This document shows, piece by piece, positions 1-10,700 of a stretch of DNA of 39,896 nucleotides. The position numbers and the translations under genes are program-made. The DNA comes from Macrostomum lignano. Lineage: Eukaryota. The stretch spans positions 1 through 39,896 of the forward strand of contig NIVC01000824.1 in assembly GCA_002269645.1 (NCBI GenBank), in the 5' to 3' direction. The notes under the pieces are model-generated. The model did no database searches. It worked only from the letters and a program-made list of their open reading frames with translations, and was not told where the DNA came from. Positions within the stretch are counted from its first letter, which is position 1. Each line of letters opens with the position of its first letter.

Positions 1-213
1 GCCTTAGGGATTAGCTCTCTGTGCCAATGGGAAACGCACGAAGATGCCGCCTATCTTGCCAAGAAAACCAAGGAGTGTCCATATCTGTTAAGCAGCGCTG
101 ACCGCGGTTAGTACACTGAACGAGTGACAGTTTAAACCGAGACCTGAAATTTATCCTGCACTCAAACCCTCCAGACCAGTTAGCAATAAACTGTGTGTGC
201 TCAGTGTACTCAC

Positions 214-3054
214 TTTCACCGGCATTATTCATATCCTCGTCAGTTTCGAAGAGGCCCAACTGATCCTGCTGGTCTGGCAGAGCTTCGGGCACGTCGGCAG
301 CGACTTCGGGGCCGCAGAACAGAGTTGGACTCTGGCACATAGAGTGAGTCACCTGCAGTGCACATTAGTAAGCAAGGTGAGTCAGTTGGTGAAGTGTCTG
401 GTTGGTGAGTGTCAGGTTGGTGAAGTGTCTGGTTGGTGGAAGTGTCAGGTTGGTGAAGTGTCTGGCTGGTGAAGTGTCTGGTTGGTGAAGTGTCAGGTTG
501 GTGAAGTGTCTGGTTGGTGAAGTGTCTGTTGGTGGAATGTCAGGTTGGTGAAGTGTCTGGTTGGTGAAGTGTCAGGTTGGTGAAGTGTCTGGTTGGTGAA
601 GTGTCTGGTTGGTGAAGTGTCTGGTTGGTGAAGTGTCTGGTTTGGTGAAGTGTCTGGTTGTGGAGTGTCAGGTTGGTGAAGTGTCAGGTTGGTGAAGTGT
701 CTGGTTGGTGAAGTGTCAGGTTGGTGGAGTGTCAGGTTGGTGAAGTGTCAGGTTGGTAAAGTGTCTGGTTGGTGAAGTGTCCGGTTGGTGAAGTGTCGGT
801 TGGTGAAGTGTCCGGTTGGTGAAGTGTCCGGTTGGTGAAGTGTCTGGTTGGTGAAGTGTCTGGTTGGTGAAGTGTCAGGTTGGTGAAGTGTCTGTTTGGT
901 GAAGTGTCTGGTTGGTGAAGTGTCTGGTGGTTGGTGAAGTGTCAGGTTGGTGAAGTGTCAGGTTGGTGAAGTGTCAGGTTGGTGAAGTGTCTGGTGGTTG
1001 GTGAAGTGTCTGGTTGGTGAAGTGTCTGGTTGTGGTTGGTGAAGTGTCTGTTTGGTGAAGGCACCAGCTGTTAGAACAGTTCATCATATAAAACTCCTAT
1101 ATAGCACTCAACTGACCTGAATTTCCGGAATGGCGGCGCCCCCAGCGGAAGAGTTCAGCTGCTCAGCGTACGAGGCGGAGCAGCTGACGGAAGTTTGACC
1201 ACCAAACTGGCCGCCGTAGCCGCCAAGGCTCAGACGGATCATGTCATCTTGGAGCAGCGGCTGCTGATACTGCTGGAACTGCATCGCCAACTGCTGCTGC
1301 TGGAGATTCAATGGCATCATGATCTGCTGGGCTGGCTGCGGGTGCTGCTGATGCTGCCAGTCGGTGCTCTGCTGCTCCGCCGTTGGCGAGCACCGCTGAA
1401 GCCGCTCAGCAATGTTCGTGTCCGACGAGGCGCGCCTCGGCTGCGGAAAAATCGGCAGCCTCTGCGAATCGTCGTCCAGAAGCAGCTGGGACGACTCTGG
1501 CTGATTCTGCGACTGCTGATGCTGGAGCGCGTGGCGGTGGTGCTGGGCTCGGTAGTGCAGCGGCTGCAAGCTCTGCTGATCGTTCACGGCAGTCAGAGAG
1601 CCGGGGAAGAAGCGGTCCCTAGTCGGTGAGTAGGGATGCGACCGCTGCACACGGGACATCACCATGTCGCGTACGCGCCGCTTCGGCGTACACTGAGTCG
1701 AAGAAGTGTACATCGGGCCGCCGGCGCCGGTGCCACTAGGGTAGCCAGTGGAGCCTGCGGCGCCGGCGCTAGCATACTGAGAGGCTGAAACCAGCGGGCA
1801 GGAGGGACAGCCGGTGAGGGTGGCAGGCGGTGTGCAGCTCACATTGCAGTTGGAGCCGCCGTAGTGGCCGCTAGCTGGAAAATGGCTGCCAGCGATGGCA
1901 GCGGCGGCAGGGCAGCAGCTGCGGCATTGGTGGAGTACCAGCCACCTGCAGCGATGGGCACAGGCGAGCTTGTGCTGTTGACCTCGGCTGCACCAGTGGC
2001 AGCGGCACCAGCAGAGGCAACAACAGTGTTGCTATTATTAGCAGCAGCTCCATCTGTTGGGGCCGCTGCACTTCCAACTGAAGCATTGTTGGCCACATTT
2101 GGTGTTGAGAGACTGTGCGACGAGAGCTCGGGTTAAGCTGTGCCAACATTGGAGAGGTTTGGGAAGGTGAGTAATTTAGCTAAACAAATGAGCATCAATT
2201 ATATATTTTCTCATTACAAAATAATTCTAACAATTCTATTTTTTTCATTAGCTACTTTTAAGCACTTGTAAGTTTTTAAAACTATATTGACTTTAAAATG
2301 TCCTAAATCTTATTTTAACTTATCTAAATATGATTGAAAATGTTAAAAGTTAGAATAAAAAATATGCAAAAATAATTAACTGGAAATATACAATGCTTGG
2401 TTATAATTTAAAAATATTTATTTACTAATAAGTTTGTTAGTTATAATTAGATAATTTTAATTTATATAGTCATTTTGTTTATTGAAGACAAACTTTATAT
2501 AGCATTAGATTATTGGGAATTATATAATTCTTAACCAAATTTTTGCAATAGCTTGGAGCCACTACTTTATCATACTAGATAAATTAATGAATAATTCAAT
2601 TTTTAATTTATCATTGTAGTAGCTAACTATTCTGGAGAATAAAAGAAATCTATTAAGCTATATTATAAAATTTATAATGATGATATTTAAGTCTACTAGG
2701 CTAGCAAATAGCAATCCATAAATTTATCTTAATTTAACTTAAACATAGAAATATGCCAATACTATACCATAGGCCTTTCACATGAAATATCCAAAACAGA
2801 TTAATTTAACATGTCTACCAGCCAATAATAATAATGCTATATAACCAAAGGCTCAATGAAGTAAATAAAAAATTCAAATACAAGAAAAAGACTCACATAC
2901 AAAAAAAGACTCACATTCCTTTAAGAACATTTAGCTCGCAAAGTAGTCTATCAAACTTTTCATTTGACTCGGACTCATTTGCTTTTAATAAAGCAATTTT
3001 TTCATCAAATTTTCTGGGACTACAATTTGAGCTATAATGCGCTTTGGAAGTCAT
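214..3054 (-). CDS. CRTC: CREB-regulated transcription coactivator (CRTC/TORC) ortholog, 3' end beyond the window; exons 3054-2915, 2112-1117, 352-214
   Basis: Exon 1 encodes MTSKAHYSSNCSPRKFDEKIALLKANESESNEKFDRLLCEL, matching the TORC_N motif PRKFSEKIAL. The phase-2 donor (AT|gtgagt, 2915) joins cacag|T (2112) to give LSTPNV (cf. SLPNV). Downstream come HPYSP, RRASSD (cf. RTxSDS), a Q-rich region and IPEIQ|VT (cf. IPNIILT). One base is missing at 1910/1911 in a poly-Ala run. Confidence 0.85.
376..1060. repeat. 16-bp minisatellite (GGTTGGTGAAGTGTCW), about 42 copies, filling a CRTC intron
   Basis: Direct tandem units; occupies most of intron 353-1116. Confidence 0.95.
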
Positions 3055-3529
3055 GTTCTTGAATGAAAAGTTCCTTGCCTTGCAAAAGCAGTCTTTTAAA
3101 CTTAAAAACGATGGGTTGCTCTTAGAAAATGAAACAGAATTTTTATTTATCGGTTTGTCCTTAAACTTTAAAATATTGGTGCTTCGCCAAATGCCAAGAT
3201 GTAGAAAATGCAACTCGTGCACTATATGAGAAAGTAAAAAATTCAGTTCATAGCTCAAATAATGACGTAATTGGTTTCAAAACGATCTTAAAGTTGGATT
3301 TATCCCGCCAGTAAATGGTCTGTAAATCAATGCGTTCGTAGAAAATTGGACGTTCAAAAAAAAAATAATATTAACAAGTAGGAAAAAAATTCTTAAAGAT
3401 TGAGAAAAAGTTATGTTTAGATATTTTTTTCTGAATTAAATAAAAACTATTTGGCTACCTAGCCAGTGAATACTGGTCCTGCTTGTGTCCGAGAAGCAGC
3501 TGAGACGAATTCAAGCTTCTATTGCTTAC

Positions 3530-4111
3530 TGCTGTTGGATCACGAGATCAGTGATGGTGCTGCTGCTGCTGCTGATTTGTGCTGATGAGCGCGATGTTGT
3601 GTGTGATCCAGTGGAGGAGCTAAGCACAGTGACGTAAGATTCAAGAACCCTAAAGTTGCGCTAAAGCAGCAGTACGTATATTGTACACATTTCTAGGAAA
3701 TTAAACGAATTCGTTGAAATTTTCTTTTTTGGAAAATTTACACAATGACGCAGCAGTCAAAAGCAGCAGCACAAAAATTTCAACACTAACAACAACAAAA
3801 AAGCAAAAAATTAAAGCTCTCTGTTTCGATCTTGCTTATAACAATTAGAGCAGCCCGCTCGGCTTAGCACGCAATAAAGCGGCACCGACCGCATTCGAAG
3901 CACCGGCAGTCAAAAAAAACCCGAGTGCGCACCTTTCCTTGCCGGTAGGGTGCCTGTAATGTCAACAGCAGTACCTCTTTCTCACCACCTGTACGCGCGG
4001 ATATGATGTGACTTGCGAGCTGGAATTGCTCGAAGGAGCAACAGTTCGCTTGGACAGACCAGACCGCGCGGTTTGGTGCGGTGATACAGCTACATGTAGC
4101 TTGTACCATTC
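3530..4111 (-). other. Two candidate upstream (5'UTR or alternative) exons of CRTC: 4111-3975 and 3649-3530
   Basis: ttgtag|GAATGG...AAGAG|gtactg and ctttag|GGTTC...CAGCA|gtaagc. They share an open Ser-rich frame with compatible phase 2. No transcript evidence. Confidence 0.4.
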
Positions 4112-4909
4112 CTACAAGCCAATTAAATGCGGAAAAAACAAAAAGCTTCTGCTCAGGACAGGCATGAGTTTGGTTTTGCAGCCTTGGAGTGAAGGAAAGC
4201 TGGTAAACAAAAGCCAGCCACCAAGTGCAAAAGCCTTATAAGAATGCATAGCTATAGTCTAGACTATACTTGAACTCCGTATATGGGCTACTATAGCTAG
4301 TCTACGAAAGTGCAGCTATGCAACTGTTTGCATCTATTCAAACAGTGTATGCATGAATTCGAAGAGTTGCATCATTGTGGACTGCAGTGGTGCATGGCTA
4401 TACAACAGCACAGCTACAGCTAAGCTACCCCTCCGTGCGAGTATTGTGTGCACGTCCAGTAAATTGTTTCCCGCGGTATCAAGCAAATAAAGGCTTCTCA
4501 ACGCACCTGAAGACGGCTTGCTATCAATAATAAAGCTTAGTATCTATGCAACCCCCGCTCCGCCTCGGCTTATTCAATTACATGTAAATAAGAGTCTGGC
4601 ACCGTCTTCATCTCCGAGCTTGACCTAATTCTTAGCAAACAGACAATTTTTTCTGCAAGCAATTATACACCTTTTGCAAGACAAGTAAGTGCGTGTTGTC
4701 TGCTGCGCATCTAGCTTAATTTCATATAACATTATAGTTTAACATGCTTAGTAACTAATCTATATATTATATTTATATGATTTATGTATAACATTTTAAT
4801 TCTCCAAAATTATTGCTATAGAGATGACCGATTAACTACTACTTTGAAAATCGTTAGAGTAACTATAGTTCAAAATCACGGTAAGTTTAATCAGCCATTT
4901 CCATTTTAG

Positions 4910-6639
4910 TGACACGACGCCCCTTGACTGCTGTCGGCATCGCAGCAGCGCTGGTTCTGTTGCTGCCGAACATCTGCGATTCTGCAATGGCTCCAAAGTC
5001 GGAGAGTCACTTTCCGGTGCCCTCATACGAGTCGCCGCAATGGTGGGTGAATCGCGGTCGAGCAGACCTGCTGGCTGCGAAAGCGGCAGCTTCAAACCTG
5101 CAGCGTGGCCGGGCCAAGAACCTCGTGTTCTTCCTGGGCGACGGCCTGAGCCTGACCAGCACAATGGCGGGCCGAGTCTACAAGGGCCAGTTGCAGAACC
5201 GATCCGGTGAGGAGGCTCAGCTATCGTACGAGACATTCCCACAGATTGCTCTGGCCAAGACATACGACTGCGACTTCCAGACATCGGACTCGGGGGCCAC
5301 GGCGACAGCTATTGGCAGCGGAGTGAAGACGAACGATGGAAACATCGGAGTGAATCAGGACGTCATCAGGGGCAACTGCACGACGTACGATCCCAGCAAG
5401 AATTTGTATTCATTTATGCACTACGCCCAACTGGCTGGAAAGTCCGTGGGTCTCGTCACCACAACGCGGATCACGCACGCCACTCCGGCAGCGATGTACG
5501 CGCATTCGCCCAGCCGCAGCTGGGAAAGTGACGCCAATCTTCCTGCCGGAACGGACAAGACAAAATGTCCGGATATTGCCACCCAGCTGGTGTCGAACGC
5601 AGCCGATTGGAATGTCATTTTTGGTGGTGGACGGACCAACTTTTTGCCCACTGCTGAAAGTACCATCGATTACTCGAACAAGAACTCCTCAGTTTCTGGC
5701 AAACGACAGGACGGCGTGAATCTGATCAACCGCTGGCGAAATCTGCAGTCCAGCAAAATGCGGCGCTTTGCCTTCGCTGAGTCTAAGTCGCAGTTCGACG
5801 CGATCGACCCGGCGAACACTGACTACGTCCTGGGACTGTTCGCCACGAGCCACCTGCGCTACCAGTTGGACAACGAGATGGACCCGACCTATCAGGAGCC
5901 GAGTCTCTCAGAGATGGTGGACAAAGCCATTCGCATTCTGTCCCGCAATCCCAACGGCTTTGCCCTTTTCGTGGAAGCTGGTCGCATCGATCACGCTCAC
6001 CATGACAACTACGGCAAGCGAGCCCTGCACGATGTCCTGGAGCTGGACAGGGCAGTCACTCGAGCAATGGGGCTAACCAACCGCGCAGACACCCTCATGT
6101 TGGTGACTGGCGACCACAGCCACGTGTTCACTGTTGGCGGCTGGGGCCTGCGAGGAAACCCGATCCTAGGCCGGGTTGTGAACTCTGACGAGGACAGGTA
6201 CAATTCCAAAGGCGAGGCAGTCGCCTACGACGGCATGCCCTACACTGTGCTGAACTACGCCGACGGTCCTTCCGCTGCTATCGGGACGCCGCGCAAGAAC
6301 CTCACCGATGCGAACACCACGGCTGTGAACTTCCAGTTCCCGGCTTTGTACAATTACGACTACGAGTCGCACGGAGCGGAGGACGTCCCGGTCTACGCCG
6401 CCGGGCCCAGCGCCTATCTGCTGCACAGCACGCACGAGCAGAGCTACATCGGGCATGTAGTGATGTACGCCCTGTGCGTCGGTCCCGAGGCCAGCGTCTA
6501 TTGCGCCGACGAGGAAGCGCCAACGACGATTGGGCCATATATGACGGGACAGCCGCTGCCAAGGTCGGCCAGCGGTCTGACGGCTTCGTCTGTGCTGCTG
6601 GCCTTGGCTTACGGCTTTCGGATTTGGGTCGAGAGCTGA
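4910..6639 (+). CDS. ALP: Alkaline phosphatase (ALPL-like), secreted, probably GPI-anchored; coding region in one exon, with the first base of ATG probably at 4684
   Basis: 576-aa ORF with AKNLVFFLGDG, DSGATATA (catalytic Ser), VTTTRITHATPA, EAGRIDHAHH, TGDHSH and HGAEDV. N-terminal hydrophobic signal and C-terminal hydrophobic tail. Acceptor ttttag at 4909. Confidence 0.97.
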
Positions 6640-7739
6640 AGACCGCTATAGGGAATATTGGCGGAGATAAGTGAGCATGGGCTGAGTATTAGTCCTGAAC
6701 AAAATTGAAAGTTTTAAACTACGAATGAAAAATGACCAACAATAATGCAGATTGCATTGTTAAGAAAATTAGGGGCCAAATTGAGGTATGCTCAGACGTT
6801 ATTGTTGAATCGTTCTTTACGTTTTGAGGTTTCTTTTACGAAGCAGAACTTGAACTTTTTTATTCCGGACACTTCTACGCACTTCTCCATTTTGTCAAAA
6901 TGATAGCCACTTGTTGCTCGTCGAAATTTTTTAGTTTAGTTTTTGCAAGCTATAAAGTTTTTATTTCATCTACAATATCATGCTGCTCTTCTAAAAATAG
7001 TTATTTCGATGTCGTAACTTAAAAGTAAAAAATACTGCGCTTCGCACCCGAAAACCAAATGCACGATTGCCTCTCGATACTCTGAAACACTAAAATATTG
7101 ATTGCTGTGAAACACCCTTCTAAAGCGTTTTTTAAGTACTCTAAGTAGTTCATCACGACAGATATAATGTTTGCAGGGGAATCTATATAACCAAATCTGA
7201 AAAGTTACTATGTATGTATGTACATAATCGATTAAATACAAATATCGACAAGTAAAGTTTTTATTCATAATTATTTTTCAAAAATTATCTGATCTCGGTT
7301 TTCTAAATAATCAAATTCTATCATTCGATAACACAGTTCACGAGTATTTTTATCTATAATAACCCAACAACCAAGCGATTAATTAGGTGCCCAGCTGCAG
7401 TACTTTTAGTCGAAGCAATGACCTGCACGTGCGAGACGTGGCATCAGTTTATCCATAATTTACCAAGAAATCATCCATCATAATTCCGGTTCAGGACACT
7501 TTTACAAGCATCAGCTCGTAGCTCTTATATTTGTGAGGGGTTATTGAATTCGAAATTCGAATGGGGTCTTAAATTTAAATAGCCTCTCTAAGTGCAGACT
7601 TAGCACTGAATAGACACGCTTAGCCACCAGTTGCTTACTCTCTTTGCTAAGGAAAATCAAAATGAAATTGTGAGAAAAATATGCTGTACCAGCTATAAGA
7701 TCGTGTGTTTGGAATGTACATTGAGAACCGGAAACTGCT

Positions 7740-10700
7740 TCATCGGCGCCAGTAAAACACAGCCGCAGTCGTTGCTAAGGAAGCTGCCGAGAGCAACAGG
7801 CCGCCTATCGATTGCCGAGCCGCCTGATTTACTTCCTCCGCCAGTGGCCTATGGAAGGACGCCACATTGCCATTCGATTCGTCTATCGGCTGATCGCCGG
7901 ACCCGTCGTCCACCCAATCCTCGATCTTCTCGGCCGGCCCCGGCCTGTGCCGCCGCTTGCACTCGCCGGCCGTTGTCGGCACCATGTCGCTGTTGACGCA
8001 CTTCATTCCGGAGTACTGGGCAAAGTAGTTGGGCAGCATTACGCAGTGGCCCATGCGGCAGCGGCTGCCCGTGGGCCTGTCGCACGGCCAGTTGGATTGC
8101 ACCGAGACGTCTTGCGGGCAGATCGGCGATTTGCCATCGCAGAACTCAGGAAAGTTGCATCTTGAATTAAGGAAAGTGACTGCGGGATAAGATTCTACTC
8201 ATTCATGAATTTATTATCTCCCTGCAAGCTCCAATGCACAGCAATCAAGTATTATCTACAAATTTCATATGGGTTTGTAGTCTAATCAAATATTATCCAC
8301 GATCTGCAAGGACCCTATCCAGCAGGCTCAGACTATCAACGCAAACCTGGGATCTTCGGCCAGTCTGCACAGAGTGCCCGCGGCCAGCGGGCTGCACGAA
8401 GTCGTGTTGCAGCAGTCGCCAGTTGCGCACGCTGCGCCTTTGACCAGCTTGCAGACGTCGGCCTGGCAGCAGCGATCCTTTCTGCAGGCGAGCGGCCCGC
8501 CGCAGTCGCACTCTTCGCCAGGCTCGACAATCCCATTGCCGCAGGTCGGTCCCCAGTCCTTCGAGTACTCAACGGTGAAGATGTAGCCATCTGGAGGTCA
8601 TTGAGTTGGATCAAGTGGGACTAGCGAGGACTAAATATCGCCTCTGTACACTGACTCTCGCCCTACGACCCATCGTTGGATTCCCAGTGCGGCCACATTT
8701 CCCTCGTATTTCAGGACTTGTGTACACGAATTGGCCGGAAGTTTGTCACGCGATTCACAGCCATGAGGGCCAACCCTCAAGGCATAGCGAGTGTACATGT
8801 CTGACTATTAGAAAGTCACGTTCACTGTACACCCTGCGAGAATGTGTGTGTAAGTGCGTGCCTGCGTACAATATTGGCACGCTTGTACATGTATGTGCTC
8901 AGGAGTGTACAATATTGGCACGCTTGTACATGTATGTGCTTAGGAGTGTACAATATTGGCACGCTTGTACATGTATGTGCTCAGGAGTGTACAATATTGG
9001 CACGCTTGTACATGTATGTGCTCAGGAGTGTACAATATTGGCACGCTTGTACATGTATGTGCTCAGGAGTCAGCGGAATGAGTAGATTATCCTTGCATAA
9101 GCCGTTGGCATAAGTCACTCACTGGTGCTCGAGAAAGGCTCAGCTGTCGCAGACAAGCAGGCTGCGTCTAGTGCCAGGCTGTCCAGCGCGTCCGCGACTT
9201 TGTTGATGCCGCAGTTGGTCCAGCCAACGTACTTGCTGCCATCGTTGCTGCGTCCTACAGAGTCGTCCATCAGGCACTGGGAAAATTTGCACTGGCATTT
9301 ATCCACGGAGTCGTGATTCCCGCCCAACCTGTGAACCAGCTCGTGTGCCAGGGCGAAGCCCGACAATTTTATATAATTCGGCCGTTTCGTGTCCAGCTGC
9401 GGGGCAGCGATAATTGATTGAGAAGTTTCAATAGAAAAGTGACGTTCTGAGATTGCGAAACTTTCCAGAATAATGAATGTGAATTCATATTCAAATGTTA
9501 ATTAGTTGAAGGACTCCCTCAAAAAGGCCTAACTAAAAGCGCAAATATGACTTGAAATTTCCACCCGAAAATGTCGAATGATACTTTCGCAACAAGATGA
9601 GTCAACTACTTTAGGCTACTAATAGCTGGACACAGCAGCTCAGCTGGTAGCGCGTCCGACTCTCACGTCTCCAAGAGAGTTCGAAGTTCGAAAAAAAAGA
9701 CAAATGGAGGTCTCAGACAATAGACTGGCACTCATAGCATTCGCCACAGAGGCGAATAAAAGAGAAAAACCACAGGAGCCAGTAAATCAACTCGCAAAGG
9801 TGAGCTCCAGAGCAAATGGAATCTCGCCATCAGAAGCGACCGCCCAACACACTGGCAGAAGAGAGAAGAAAACAATGAGCAGCGCCCTGGACACTGGCGA
9901 AAGCCAACCAAGCGAGACGGCGCGGCTGACAGGCAAGACTGGAGGGCTTAGAGGGGGCGAGATGTGACAGAAAAATGGCGAGCTCTGGATGAGAAGAGAG
10001 CTGTCCCAACACAAGAACGGCAGCCTACGCCCGCAGGCTTGACGACCGACGGTTCGATGGACAATTTAAAGTGTACAAGAGACAGTGAGAGAGAGACAGA
10101 CGGAAATGCATTCAGCTTTAATAGATTCTTTACTCTCATCAAATGTATCCAGCTCAACCAATGCGATTGCGCACCTCACAAATTACTCTAGCCTCTGCGA
10201 CTTAGCAACATGATAATAAACAGACTCGCTGCACAAGTATAGGGCGCTCTGTCCCGATTAAGACGAGTTGCTCGCTTGGCAATACAGTAGATACAAATAG
10301 TAAACTGAGTACGTATCAATATTAAAGTTTCGACACGTTTCGCACTCCAAGGTGCATCTAGAGGTCAGGTTATTGACGAGAGAGCAGAAAAGATTTGTGT
10401 ACTGAATAGCACTACTAGTTGCGGCTTTTATTAGAAGCAGGGAGGCTGTATACACAGCGGCGCACTTCACCGACATTGTCACACGAGAGGCATTACTGCC
10501 CATTCCACCGACCCCCTGAGCAGGCACACACTCACAGGAGTGTACAGCGGCCCTGACTTTATTTATCGTTAGGCATGTACACTTCACTGCGCCTTGGATG
10601 TTGGCCCTCAAGGGCGTTAATTGCACGAGCAGACACACGTCGAGATTCCAATTCAGCCTCAAATTAATGTGACTGCATTTGGAATCGAGCTTGGGACGCT

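Noticed and set aside
3864-4109. SMYD post-SET-like FFDCRCFEC string
   Set aside because: There is no NHSC motif or other SET context; another frame fits the splice sites better.
4905-4915. Spliced-leader AUG as the ALP start
   Set aside because: Flatworm leaders end in AUG, but joined at 4910 this reads ATG-TGA, an immediate stop.
7631-8614. Plus-strand and alternative-frame ORFs over ADAM exons (also near 15046-15843 and 23261-24229)
   Set aside because: They are shadows of GC-rich minus-strand exons.
9704-10191. Short ORFs in paralog 1 intron 6
   Set aside because: No recognisable motif or splice support.
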